DNA of 47,921 nucleotides from Patescibacteria group bacterium. GTDB taxonomy: Bacteria > Patescibacteriota > Patescibacteriia > UBA10025 > JAHIVO01. The position numbers and the translations under genes were made by a program. Below the pieces are notes generated by a model that saw nothing but the letters and a program-made list of their open reading frames with translations, searched no databases and was not told the DNA's origin. Below, piece by piece: positions 25,034-34,663 of this stretch. How positions within the stretch are numbered: position 1 is the first letter of the stretch; each line of letters opens with the position of its first letter. The DNA is taken from NCBI GenBank assembly GCA_028718605.1, contig JAQULM010000001.1, forward strand, positions 603,201 to 651,121, given 5' to 3'.

Positions 25034-26917
25034 TTACTCCCAAACTTGGTAGGTCAGCGCGATCCAGTCGTCGCCGCTGTCGCCGACCATATCTTCGCCA
25101 TTATCGTCTTTCACGTCAACAAACACGACAGTATTCGGGCTGACGTAGTCGTCGGTTACGCTCCACGTAAACGTCTGCGAGGTGCTCCAGTCCTTGCCAA
25201 TTACACAGGAGCCGCCGGTCTTGCACGTCAAGAATTTGTACGTCAGCGGATCTCCCTCCTCATCAGTTGCCGTTGCGGTAAATTTTACCGTGTCGCCAAC
25301 GTGCAAAATCGGGTATGGCATTGCGTTGAAGCTATCTTCATCGTTGAGGCTGTCATTCGCGTACGATTGGTATCGGGTATTTCCCTTGTTATCGGTAACT
25401 TTGGTAAATACCGCATTGCTGCCCTCGGTGCCCTCAACCTGGTACGTAACCATAGTCCAGTCGTCCCCCTTGTCACCGGCAGCGAGGATATCATTGTTAT
25501 CCTTCACGGCAATCTCCCATTCAACACTATATCCAATGTCATCCGAGGTGACCTCCCATGTGTATGTCTTGTCCGTGCTCCAATCCTGAATCACGGGGCA
25601 GTTGCCGCTTGCATTGCAGAACATAAACCGGTACTCGAGCGAATCGTCTTCCGGGTCGGTTGCGTTCGCCGTAAGCGTAATGCTGTCGCCCACGCCCACG
25701 ACTGGTTTCACCGTATCGCCGTTGTCATCTTTATACGTGCCGAACGAACCATCCGGTATCCATGAATCTGGCTGCGTATTGCCGAGTGAATCAGTCACGG
25801 TTGATAAGGTCGCGTCTTCGTTTTCTGAATTGCTGTGGATATTGTACGTGAGGTAGGTATAATCATCCCCGAGGCCCGGTCCCATTCGCTCGATTAAATT
25901 ATTATCCTTCACCCACGCAGTTATTGGAACTTCGTGGCCGAGGTGGGCCGCATCAACCGTCCACGTAACAGTATTGCTCGTGCTCCAATCCTGAATCGGG
26001 TCCATGCTGTTGCCGACCGTAAACTTATAGAAAACCTTGTTGACAACCTTGCCGTCCTGCACTTCGATTGCCGTCGTATCGCACGCCTCTTCTACGCTCT
26101 CGTCGCCGTCAACCTCAACGTCTTCCGGAACATAGTCAAATGCGCGGACGGTGAATGTCATTTCATCGCCTGCGGTGATCGCCGGGGCGTTCTCCTGGTA
26201 CTCTTCCATGCTCCAAGCGCCTGTATTTTCGACCGCCCAGGAGTTCTCCTGCACGTTGCCCAGGGAATCTGTCACGTCAACGATGAGGGGGTTCCGGATG
26301 CCGCGCACAACATTTAAAAGGTCAGACCGAGTGTCTAAGAACTGCTCAATTTCGTCCTCAGTCGCATCGCGGCCGATCTGCTCCTCGATGGTTTGCTCGA
26401 GAGCAAGCCGCCGCTCGCTGCTCTGGTTCAAAACGTCAAGAATGTCCCCAATATCGGACCGCGTTATTTCGTAAAAATCAACCGCGGTATCCTCCGGTTC
26501 GCGGTCAAGGTACCGGTTGTACACATTGCGGATTGCGAGGCCACGCTCCATCGTATTGAAGAGCTGCTCCCGGATCCGGTTGTTGTCTGCGACCCACGCC
26601 TTGAGCTGCGCGAGTTCGCGCTCCATCGCAGCGCGCCCGAGCGCCCGCTGGTAAATAGCCTGAATCGCGAGGTCACGCTCCGGCCATGCATTGAGCTCCT
26701 TCTTGATCTCAGCGCGGCCCTTGAAGTCCGCCATATTATTCGTGTAGTCGACCGTCGACGGGTCGCGGTCGAGCATCTCCTGGAATGCGGCTTTCACCTC
26801 ATCGTGCTTTGAGAGCGCGTGAACGCCGTGCGGGAGTGACAGCCCTACGACGAGCGCAAAAACAAAAACGCCCGCGAGCGCAACGCCAGCCCCGGTTGCT
26901 ACTGTCCGTGTGTTCAT
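25034..26917 (-). CDS. Secreted/anchored repeat protein: N-terminal DUF4214-like helical repeats plus four Ig-like modules
   Basis: It has an N-terminal anchor. The sequences AIQAIYQRALGRAAMERELAQLKAWV and AIRNVYNRYLDREPEDTAVDFY are DUF4214-style. These are followed by four modules containing DSLGN..Q..SW, A.DPE(D/G)D.L.Y.F..C....C....DWS...T.TW.V. Confidence 0.65.
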   Translation of the reverse strand: MNTRTVATGAGVALAGVFVFALVVGLSLPHGVHALSKHDEVKAAFQEMLDRDPSTVDYTNNMADFKGRAEIKKELNAWPERDLAIQAIYQRALGRAAMERELAQLKAWVADNNRIREQLFNTMERGLAIRNVYNRYLDREPEDTAVDFYEITRSDIGDILDVLNQSSERRLALEQTIEEQIGRDATEDEIEQFLDTRSDLLNVVRGIRNPLIVDVTDSLGNVQENSWAVENTGAWSMEEYQENAPAITAGDEMTFTVRAFDYVPEDVEVDGDESVEEACDTTAIEVQDGKVVNKVFYKFTVGNSMDPIQDWSTSNTVTWTVDAAHLGHEVPITAWVKDNNLIERMGPGLGDDYTYLTYNIHSNSENEDATLSTVTDSLGNTQPDSWIPDGSFGTYKDDNGDTVKPVVGVGDSITLTANATDPEDDSLEYRFMFCNASGNCPVIQDWSTDKTYTWEVTSDDIGYSVEWEIAVKDNNDILAAGDKGDDWTMVTYQVEGTEGSNAVFTKVTDNKGNTRYQSYANDSLNDEDSFNAMPYPILHVGDTVKFTATATDEEGDPLTYKFLTCKTGGSCVIGKDWSTSQTFTWSVTDDYVSPNTVVFVDVKDDNGEDMVGDSGDDWIALTYQVWE

Positions 26918-27012
26918 AATTGTTTAGGTTTATTAATAAACTGCTTTCGTTATGCAATTATACCATAAAGAAACGGGGGCCTCCAACGCACTTCAGAGCT
27001 AATATAATAAAA

Positions 27013-28335
27013 CTACGATGCGGCCGTAGTCTGCTCAGTGTGCTTTTCATCAACGGCTGGAGCCGCACGGGCAGATAACCGATCGAGGACAACTAACACG
27101 CCCGCAAGTACCCAAAATTCAATCGCCAGATCATTCTTGAAATACGGCGTGTCGAAAAAACCATGCGCCAGGATAGCAACTATTGCTGCCATCAAACCAA
27201 CGGTATGCGCCCGTTCAAATTTTACGAGGGCAGCGGCTTTCCTGAAAAACTGCACAACGATGAGCACGAAAACGACAAGGCCCGCGAGCCCCATTTCAAT
27301 CCAGAGCGAGAGGATCAAATGGTCCGGATTTGGAAAGTATTCCGTATGAGACGCCTCCTTGTATTGATCATAAACGATCGGGAAACTTGCAAGCCCGGTA
27401 CCAAGGATCGGATTATCTTCAATAATCCGCCATGCGCCTTTCCACATCACAAGGTGTACATCGGTTGATACGTCCGTCGCGCTGAAAACGCCGAGTATGT
27501 TATCTCGGGTCTGGGGGATGGCAAACGCGACAACGATAATACAGGCGAGCATCGCGAGGATTTGCCAGCGGCGTTTCGAAAAAAAGCTTGCCATAACTGC
27601 TGCGGCAAATACGCCGATGAGGGCGCCGCGCGACATCGAAAAAAGCAAGCCAATGCCGCCGAACGCCACCACGCCCAATCCAAATACATTTCGCTGGATG
27701 AATTCCCAAAGCGGTTTGATTTTCCCGACTCCCCGCGTGATGAGAATTCCAAGAAACAGCGCAACGATCGGCCCGACATACTTCCCGACGGCTGTCGGAA
27801 ATGGGTAGACGGACGTCGCACGCCGCGGCGTTTCCAGGCCATACCCGGACGGAATCGAAACAATATTCAAATACTGCAGCATGGCAATAAAGCCGATGAC
27901 GACCGCGGTCGCGCCCAAGCCCCACAAAACCTGCTGCACCTGCTCGCGCGTGCGAATTACATTCACGAAGACCATGAAGAATAACACCGGCTCAACGATA
28001 TATGCCTTCCACAAACCCGCTGCTGCACGCAACGACGGGGAAACAAACATTGCGAGCACGCCGACAGCAACAAACGCAACCGCAAGCCATTTCCATGGAA
28101 ACCGCGCGGGGCACGCTTTGGTCTGCATGCGCGTGCGTACTGTACGAAATGCCCACACGGCAACGATGACCACTATCATGGCTTCCAGAATTGTCATCGG
28201 CAAAAAATCAACCCAGAACCGCAGGAGGTACGTCGGCGTAAATGCGATGCAGAGAGTTATAGCCCAATCAAGCTTCCAGATACTGATAATGGCGAAGCAG
28301 ACGACAAACAGAATAATGAGTATTGTTTCCAACAT
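27013..28335 (-). CDS. O-antigen ligase/Wzy-like polytopic membrane protein
   Basis: It has about 10-12 TM helices. Wzy_C-like elements are present (FSMSRGALIGVFAAAVM; DHLILSLWIEMGLAGLVVF). Confidence 0.65.
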   Translation of the reverse strand: MLETILIILFVVCFAIISIWKLDWAITLCIAFTPTYLLRFWVDFLPMTILEAMIVVIVAVWAFRTVRTRMQTKACPARFPWKWLAVAFVAVGVLAMFVSPSLRAAAGLWKAYIVEPVLFFMVFVNVIRTREQVQQVLWGLGATAVVIGFIAMLQYLNIVSIPSGYGLETPRRATSVYPFPTAVGKYVGPIVALFLGILITRGVGKIKPLWEFIQRNVFGLGVVAFGGIGLLFSMSRGALIGVFAAAVMASFFSKRRWQILAMLACIIVVAFAIPQTRDNILGVFSATDVSTDVHLVMWKGAWRIIEDNPILGTGLASFPIVYDQYKEASHTEYFPNPDHLILSLWIEMGLAGLVVFVLIVVQFFRKAAALVKFERAHTVGLMAAIVAILAHGFFDTPYFKNDLAIEFWVLAGVLVVLDRLSARAAPAVDEKHTEQTTAAS

Positions 28336-28364
28336 ACCCCTATTCTACCACACTGCCCCGAAAC

Positions 28365-28403
28365 AAAAAACGCCGGCACATGCGCATGCCGCCCGGTTTT
28401 TTT
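28365..28403. terminator. Hairpin with flanking A6/T7 runs (bidirectional terminator-like)
   Basis: The sequence is AAAAAA-CGCCGGCACATGCGCATGCCGCCCGG-TTTTTTT. It lies downstream of the minus-strand 28410-28790 gene. Confidence 0.5.
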
Positions 28404-28409
28404 ACATAC

Positions 28410-28790
28410 CTATTCGGCAACAGGCGAATAGACGCACCCACTAACGTAACGCTTGTTGAAACGCTCAGTAACAACCTGAATAAACTGAAGGTGCTCGCGG
28501 AGCGCTGCAATATCTTCACCGGTCCACTGGGTCAGCTCTTCGGCGGTCGGGGCCCGTAAACAATATTCAAGGAAAAGAGAAGTTACTTCATCACCTGTTG
28601 ATAGAACAACCGGACCACCGCTGTTCGTGCCTGTTTCAACGCCCAGTATTTGCTGGCTTTGCGGCCTTGTAATGAATGCGCCCGACGATATCGGGTGAAG
28701 CTGCTGCGTATAGTACCACAAAAAACCGCTGCCGCTTATTCCGACAAGCGCGATAATCGCAATATAAATAGCTGTCCCAATTCGTTGCAT
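28410..28790 (-). CDS. Membrane-anchored small protein with DUF4214-like C-terminus
   Basis: The N-terminal TM is IGTAIYIAIIALVGISGSGFLWYY. The C-terminal FLEYCLRAPTAEELTQWTG resembles DUF4214 helices. Confidence 0.5.
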   Translation of the reverse strand: MQRIGTAIYIAIIALVGISGSGFLWYYTQQLHPISSGAFITRPQSQQILGVETGTNSGGPVVLSTGDEVTSLFLEYCLRAPTAEELTQWTGEDIAALREHLQFIQVVTERFNKRYVSGCVYSPVAE

Positions 28791-28848
28791 AGATTGCTAT
28801 CATTCTGTGCTCTCCATCAAACCAAAGTACCGGAACTCCCGTGAGTTG

Positions 28849-30369
28849 TCAATCCCCGTTGCCTCGATTCTGCTCGGCAACAATAACACGGACGTTTCCG
28901 ATCGTACGCGTGCTGCGGACAGTTTCGGGCAGTATACTGTCCGGAATTGCAGCATTCCGGCCGATAAGTACCGTGTACTGAAGTGTTTCCGGCACAACGC
29001 TCGCGGCAATGTCCGCACACTCGAACACGTATTCATAGCTGCGTTCATACGCGCCCGAGGGTTCGCTTTGAAAATTAAACGTGTGGCCTTTGCTATCCTG
29101 TTTAATAAATGCCGCAACCTGCTCCATTTCTGAGAGCGTAACGGGATACGATGTCGCACGTGAACCAGTTGGCGACAGATCATGCAGCAAGCGCGTCGAA
29201 TATCCGAGTTGCAAGCCCCAGAGCACGATAACGAGCATTACAACGCCGACCCGGCCGTAGCCGCGCAGGGAATGCCAGACAAACCCCGCAAACCACCCAA
29301 AAATAATGAAAGGGGCAGGAAATACAGTGCAAAAGTAATGGACTGGAATTGCGTCTTTATACGGCACGAGGAGGCAAAAGGGAATACACAGCCACAGGAG
29401 ACACAGAATCAAAGCACGATCTTTCCGCTTGTGCTTCAATGCGCTGAAAATCCGCCAGAGTATGAATACTACCAATGCAACGATGGCAACCGCCGCCAAT
29501 TCCCGAAAGCGGCTATGGAAAAGGGTTTCATACCAAAAGCTGCGGGTCAACACGACTGCCCGCCTGAAGCGTTCAATAATGCTGATCTGGATATTGCTAT
29601 CTGACTGGGTAAGCAAGCGAATGAGGCTGCGGGTATTTCCCAGGCGGTTCGTTGCTTCATAGAGTATCAATGGAATATTCACGAATATGAGTAACGCACC
29701 GGCAATCAGATACTTTTTCCAGGGGATCCGTGGCCTTGTAATCAGCAAATACGCAGCGCAGAGAACCGGCATCGCAAAGAGCGCTGTCCCATGAAGCTGC
29801 ATAACGATGCCGAGGCTGATGGCGAGTACAAAGAGGTACCATGCATTCGCCGGCCGGTCGCGGTGCAACCCAAGCTGGAAGAGTGCAAAAATAATGATGA
29901 GCACAAAAAAGGGCACGAGATTCGGATTCCACGCCCACCTGCCATAGTACACCTCGAGAAAACTGACGCTATAGAGCATTGCAGCGATCAAGCCAGCAGC
30001 ACGGCCAAAAAATTTTCGAGCAACTGCCCAGACGAGAACAATTGTCGCGGTTGAAAATAGGGCAACGGTCACCGCGCCAGCTGATGGGCGAGAATGCATA
30101 AGCGCGTACGCCGGAGCGAGCAAGTAATAAAATGCAGGGCCCAGATGAAAATCTGAGCTGATGCTCGACGCGGCGGGACCGACGAGCTTCACATACCCAT
30201 GCTCGGCGATATCGGCGACGGTAAACGCGTCTCTGCCCTCGTCATTGCCGAAGTGCATCCATGCGCCAACGTGGTACAGGCGCACAAAACCACCAACACA
30301 CACAATACAGAGGACGATGGCGACTTCGTACTTATTGGCCCGAACCCACGCGCGGAGCTTGTTCAGCAT
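28849..30369 (-). CDS. ArnT/PMT-like (GT39/GT83-type) membrane glycosyltransferase
   Basis: It is polytopic, with a first loop HFGNDEGRDAF (DE-type motif) and a C-terminal soluble domain. The ORF-track start 30486 gives a non-protein-like N-terminus and overlaps the upstream gene. I prefer ATG 30369 (MLNKLRAWVRANKYEVAIVL...). Confidence 0.55.
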   Translation of the reverse strand: MLNKLRAWVRANKYEVAIVLCIVCVGGFVRLYHVGAWMHFGNDEGRDAFTVADIAEHGYVKLVGPAASSISSDFHLGPAFYYLLAPAYALMHSRPSAGAVTVALFSTATIVLVWAVARKFFGRAAGLIAAMLYSVSFLEVYYGRWAWNPNLVPFFVLIIIFALFQLGLHRDRPANAWYLFVLAISLGIVMQLHGTALFAMPVLCAAYLLITRPRIPWKKYLIAGALLIFVNIPLILYEATNRLGNTRSLIRLLTQSDSNIQISIIERFRRAVVLTRSFWYETLFHSRFRELAAVAIVALVVFILWRIFSALKHKRKDRALILCLLWLCIPFCLLVPYKDAIPVHYFCTVFPAPFIIFGWFAGFVWHSLRGYGRVGVVMLVIVLWGLQLGYSTRLLHDLSPTGSRATSYPVTLSEMEQVAAFIKQDSKGHTFNFQSEPSGAYERSYEYVFECADIAASVVPETLQYTVLIGRNAAIPDSILPETVRSTRTIGNVRVIVAEQNRGNGD

Positions 30370-31792
30370 GGCTGTTGAAAATAATATTTTGGCATGCAAT
30401 GATGAGGCCGACCACAAACCAAACGTGCATGATGTACAGTGTCGAAAACGTCTGGTACTGGACGAGAATCCCGAGGAGCGCGGCACTCAAACCGACCAGG
30501 ACGGCGCGGGTATACCGGTCGTTGGTAACTCGGAGCGCCCGGTATGACCGGACAAACAACACAACCAGAAAGAAAATAAAGAGCGTGAGCCCAACAATTC
30601 CCTCCTCCGCGAGTATTTCCAGAAATTCATTATTAACGATCCGCCAGCCGTCTGCGGGCATGTAGGCAGGATGGGGCGCTTCGTACGGGCCAAAACCACC
30701 GATACCAATGCCGATGAGCGGCTGCTCGCGCCATGCGGCATAGGACTGCTCAAAAGTATTTATCCGTTCGCTATATGAAGCGCCGTAGAAGGCATTCGTG
30801 ATATGCCCGGTAAATTTTTCCATGGTAAACGGTTCTCCGCTCGAGCCGAGCGTCTGCACCACAACCCACCCGACAAGAGCACCGCCGATAAGTATAGTGA
30901 CCATCGTCGGCACCGAAAGGAGCTTGCGAATGTAGAATACCGCAACCGCCAAAAGCACGACCGGGAGCGCGAGGTACCCCCCGCGGGAAACCGTCAATAT
31001 CAAATTCACGACCCCGAGGCCGAACAGCACAATCAGCCATCCGGAGCGTATGAACCGCTTCCCGGACAGGAACAAAGCAGCAAGGAGGCCGATTGGGATG
31101 AGTAGATAATTCGCGAAGTAGAGGGGTTCGTATGCCGTCGACTGGACTCGCGTAAAACCAAGGACATTCTTTGTATATAATTCACGCAATCCTGTCACCG
31201 TCGTTGGCAACCCACCCATATCACCGACAAATTGGAAAATGCCGAAAGAGGATACGAGAACAAATGAAATTATTATTGCCACAATAATCCGCTGGAGCTG
31301 TTCCCTGGTACGGACAATGTTCGGGATGACAAACGCGAGCGCGGCGGTAAATACCGTATAGGCGAGAACGACCACTGACCGGCCGGTATTCTCACTATTC
31401 ACTATTGAAATAAGGCCGCAGGCGAGAAATAAAACAAGGGGGATAAGCGCAGGGTTACCGGCGAATCGCCGCTGTCCCGTACGGAAAGCATAGAAAACCC
31501 ACGACACTGCGGTAACCGCAAAAAATATCTGCGACACGCGCACGGTCATATCACCAAGCTCATATGCTCCCAGTCGCTCAAAGGGGAGGCTCACGGCTAC
31601 CAACACGAGCCCAACAGCTGGATCGCGTAGTATAAATCCGGCGAGTATACACAACCCAATAACTCCAACAACGAGCAGCACAGGAGCCGACCCAATACCG
31701 ACTCCCGCGATACATGCAAGAACGAGAGCTCCAATGACAATACCCCACTGCCGCGCCGACATTAACTGAATGAATTGGCTGACTTGTTGCAT
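30332..31792 (-). CDS. O-antigen ligase/Wzy-like polytopic membrane protein
   Basis: It has many TM helices. Motifs are LTVSRGGYLALPVVLL and NNEFLEILAEEGIVGLTLFIF (HN.yL..l.E.GiiG-type). Confidence 0.65.
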   Translation of the reverse strand: MQQVSQFIQLMSARQWGIVIGALVLACIAGVGIGSAPVLLVVGVIGLCILAGFILRDPAVGLVLVAVSLPFERLGAYELGDMTVRVSQIFFAVTAVSWVFYAFRTGQRRFAGNPALIPLVLFLACGLISIVNSENTGRSVVVLAYTVFTAALAFVIPNIVRTREQLQRIIVAIIISFVLVSSFGIFQFVGDMGGLPTTVTGLRELYTKNVLGFTRVQSTAYEPLYFANYLLIPIGLLAALFLSGKRFIRSGWLIVLFGLGVVNLILTVSRGGYLALPVVLLAVAVFYIRKLLSVPTMVTILIGGALVGWVVVQTLGSSGEPFTMEKFTGHITNAFYGASYSERINTFEQSYAAWREQPLIGIGIGGFGPYEAPHPAYMPADGWRIVNNEFLEILAEEGIVGLTLFIFFLVVLFVRSYRALRVTNDRYTRAVLVGLSAALLGILVQYQTFSTLYIMHVWFVVGLIIACQNIIFNSHAEQAPRVGSGQ

Positions 31793-31793
31793 A

Positions 31794-32918
31794 CTAACGC
31801 CGCATAAGTAAATAGAAATCCCTGATCATGCGGTCTACGTTGAACCGTTCTTCGACGCCGCGCCGCGCTGCGACAGACATATCCTTTGCCGCTAACCGGT
31901 CATTGTACAGGCTCATGAGCTGGTCCGCCAGCGACTGGCTGGAACCCGGCTCAGCGAGCAGGCCGGTAACGCCATGCGTGACGATTTCAGGTATCCCGCC
32001 GATCCGCGATGCGACGACGGGTACGCCCGACGCCATTGCCTCAAGAATTGTGATGCCGAACGACTCGCGGATGACAGACGGGAGGCAGTAGGCGTCAAAG
32101 TATCCGTACCATTTCTCAATTTCACGCTGGCGGCCAACCCACTGGACGGCTTCATTCAGCCCGAGCCGCTCCGCGAGCCACACGAGTTTCCGGCGTTCAC
32201 TCCCTTCCCCAACGATAATTAACCGCACGTACGGTACAAATTCCCGGATGATTTTCACCGCCTGGATGAGAAACTCGAGGCCCTTTTCCTTTTCAAGCCG
32301 GGCAACGCATCCGATATTAAAGCGCGCTGCCTGCTCCCAGCGCCGGTCACGCATCACAAATTTTGTACAATCGATACCGCTGTATATGACTGTCAGTGCC
32401 CGCGCCGGTACATGAATTTCGTCTAAAAGCTGCTGCTTGACCGCATTCGAAACTGCGACGACCGTAACAAGCCGCGACACCAACCGATACCAGTATCGGA
32501 GGGGGTTTTGCGTCAGCCACCGGTCAAACGTCACGTGCTCAATCCAGAGAACCTTCATGCCAAGCATGCGGGCAGGGACCGTGGCAAGTATTTTCTCCGT
32601 CAATGATAAGCAATAGAGGATTGTGACGCGGCGCACGATACGGTAGTACACGAGCATACACACGATCGATACGCCAGCAAACAACGCCGTAAAAGGCCAC
32701 AGAACGAGGGTCCCTCGTGAAACCGGCTCGGGGCCGGCCCACCACCGCTGTGCGTGCCATTTCCGCTTCCGGAATTCATACAGCAGGACGCGGCATGACG
32801 ATGCCAAGAAAAACTCAAATCCCTTCTGCTCGAGCCCTTGGACCAGCTGGATGGTGTGCTGTTCGCCGCCGCCGAACAGCGATGAGTATGGAAATTTGCA
32901 GATTAAAATTCGTTGCAT
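31794..32918 (-). CDS. GT4-family (GT-B) glycosyltransferase
   Basis: FGGGEQHT is at the N-terminus. The C-terminal half has EKEKGLEFLIQA and PSVIRESFGITILEAMASGVPVVASRIGGIPEIV (E-x7-E). Confidence 0.8.
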   Translation of the reverse strand: MQRILICKFPYSSLFGGGEQHTIQLVQGLEQKGFEFFLASSCRVLLYEFRKRKWHAQRWWAGPEPVSRGTLVLWPFTALFAGVSIVCMLVYYRIVRRVTILYCLSLTEKILATVPARMLGMKVLWIEHVTFDRWLTQNPLRYWYRLVSRLVTVVAVSNAVKQQLLDEIHVPARALTVIYSGIDCTKFVMRDRRWEQAARFNIGCVARLEKEKGLEFLIQAVKIIREFVPYVRLIIVGEGSERRKLVWLAERLGLNEAVQWVGRQREIEKWYGYFDAYCLPSVIRESFGITILEAMASGVPVVASRIGGIPEIVTHGVTGLLAEPGSSQSLADQLMSLYNDRLAAKDMSVAARRGVEERFNVDRMIRDFYLLMRR

Positions 32919-32922
32919 ATGG

Positions 32923-34338
32923 TTATTTTATCCGAACGACTTCCCGTATCGTTTCCCGGCTTAAACCCCGGAGGAGGACCATCAAGCCCAGGTATACAGC
33001 CGCACCAATGGCTGCTGATACGACCCAGCCGACAGGGCGTGCTGCCCAGAGCGTACCGGCCATCACGGCGCACGACACGAGAGTTTTCCAGAGCACGGCA
33101 AGCGGCATCTTCACCCGCGTTACCCCGAGCACGACAGCAACCGCTGATACAGTAATCAGAAACTCGGCGCCGACCCGCACCCACGCGGCACCGAAGTAAT
33201 TATACGACGGAATAACCAGGAGGTACCCGGCAAGCGCAATGAGCGCAACCGCCAGGTAGAGCCACATCATGGTCTTTTGCCGGTTGAGGGCGACGACCGT
33301 ATTTCCAAATACGTTTCCGACGAAAATAATGCTTGTGGCGACAATCAATATCCGGAGGATGGCAGCTGAATCGTGAAACTCCGGAGCGATCAGGTCCATC
33401 ACCGGTTGCGCCACGAACCACGTGCCAACAATGAGCGGCAGGGCGACCATGAGCATCGCATCGAGCGATTTTGACAATACGCGCTGGAATTTTTCACGGT
33501 CTGCGGCAACCCACGCTGCGGTGAGGAGCGGCAATACAAGCCCGGCAAACATCGCGGGGAACGTCACCAATACCTCTAATACCTTGCTCGCTGCACCGTA
33601 GACACCGACATCGGCCTCTGAATGGTACAGCGAGAGAATAATAGTATCCGCTTTAAAGTAAATGAGATTGAATGCAATCGAGAGTGCAATCGGCCACGTG
33701 TCACGCACAACTTCTCGCCATACCCTCATGTTAAACGCGAGGGTGATATGCACAAATTGCCGGCTGTACCAAAAGGTGAGGAAGAAATTCACGGCAGAGC
33801 CGGCAACAACCGCCCCCATCACCCAGAGAAGGCCAAGGTCCTGCCGGATCGCAATCCACGTCGCGCCGATGAGGACGAATCGCCCGATGACTTCGGCGAT
33901 CACCACCTTGTCCATACGGAGATGTTTCTGAAACACACCTGACAGGGCTTGATTGAGCGTAATGCCCAGGAATGATAGGGTCGTGATCAGAACGCCCCAC
34001 TTCACCGCGGCTGCGTAGGGGAAGAAAAGGACAGCCACGGGCGCAACGCCCAGAAAAATAATGGCCGATATCAGCCGCAGCGTGAAAATATTGCTGACAA
34101 TGCTCTTCTCGTCGACGCCAGGCTCGGACATTTTTTTCACGAGGATGACATACAGCCCGAGATCAACCAGTACGCCAAACAGCTGCAGGAACGCCATGAT
34201 GGTCGTATACTGGCCAAAGCCTGCGGCGCCGAGGTACCGCGTCAGCATACCGATAACAATCACGCCGATAACGGTGCTCACCCCCTTGCCGGCGATCTGG
34301 ACTATTGTGTTGTGTGCGATCTTGCGCGTGTACGACAT
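32923..34338 (-). CDS. Wzx-like polysaccharide flippase (MOP superfamily)
   Basis: It has about 12-14 TM helices. The N-terminus MSYTRKIAHNTIVQIAGKGVSTVIGVIVIGMLTRYLGAAGFGQY is typical of the family. The ORF-track start 34404 is probably too early. Confidence 0.7.
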   Translation of the reverse strand: MSYTRKIAHNTIVQIAGKGVSTVIGVIVIGMLTRYLGAAGFGQYTTIMAFLQLFGVLVDLGLYVILVKKMSEPGVDEKSIVSNIFTLRLISAIIFLGVAPVAVLFFPYAAAVKWGVLITTLSFLGITLNQALSGVFQKHLRMDKVVIAEVIGRFVLIGATWIAIRQDLGLLWVMGAVVAGSAVNFFLTFWYSRQFVHITLAFNMRVWREVVRDTWPIALSIAFNLIYFKADTIILSLYHSEADVGVYGAASKVLEVLVTFPAMFAGLVLPLLTAAWVAADREKFQRVLSKSLDAMLMVALPLIVGTWFVAQPVMDLIAPEFHDSAAILRILIVATSIIFVGNVFGNTVVALNRQKTMMWLYLAVALIALAGYLLVIPSYNYFGAAWVRVGAEFLITVSAVAVVLGVTRVKMPLAVLWKTLVSCAVMAGTLWAARPVGWVVSAAIGAAVYLGLMVLLRGLSRETIREVVRIK

Positions 34339-34663
34339 TGCATGAATAAAAATTACCTCAACAACTACAGTACACCCCTGGTGCGGCCAAATGTATCCTA
34401 CCACGGAACCTCAATGATTGACAAACGGCTTTTTTTATGCTATCATTACTTCAGATACAGTACTATTGTCAAACAAAAACAAAACAAAGCCTCCAAGAAT
34501 ATACTCGGGGCTTACATGACCTTCGGTGCTGTATCCAAAAAATAAAAATAAAAACGAGCCCCAATCCGCGAGAGTACTGGCGAGCGCACGTCCGTTGGGC
34601 AATGAATGAGCGTCTTTTTTTGGCCGTTTCGCGCGGCGGGAGCCCCAAAAAAGGGTATACCAT

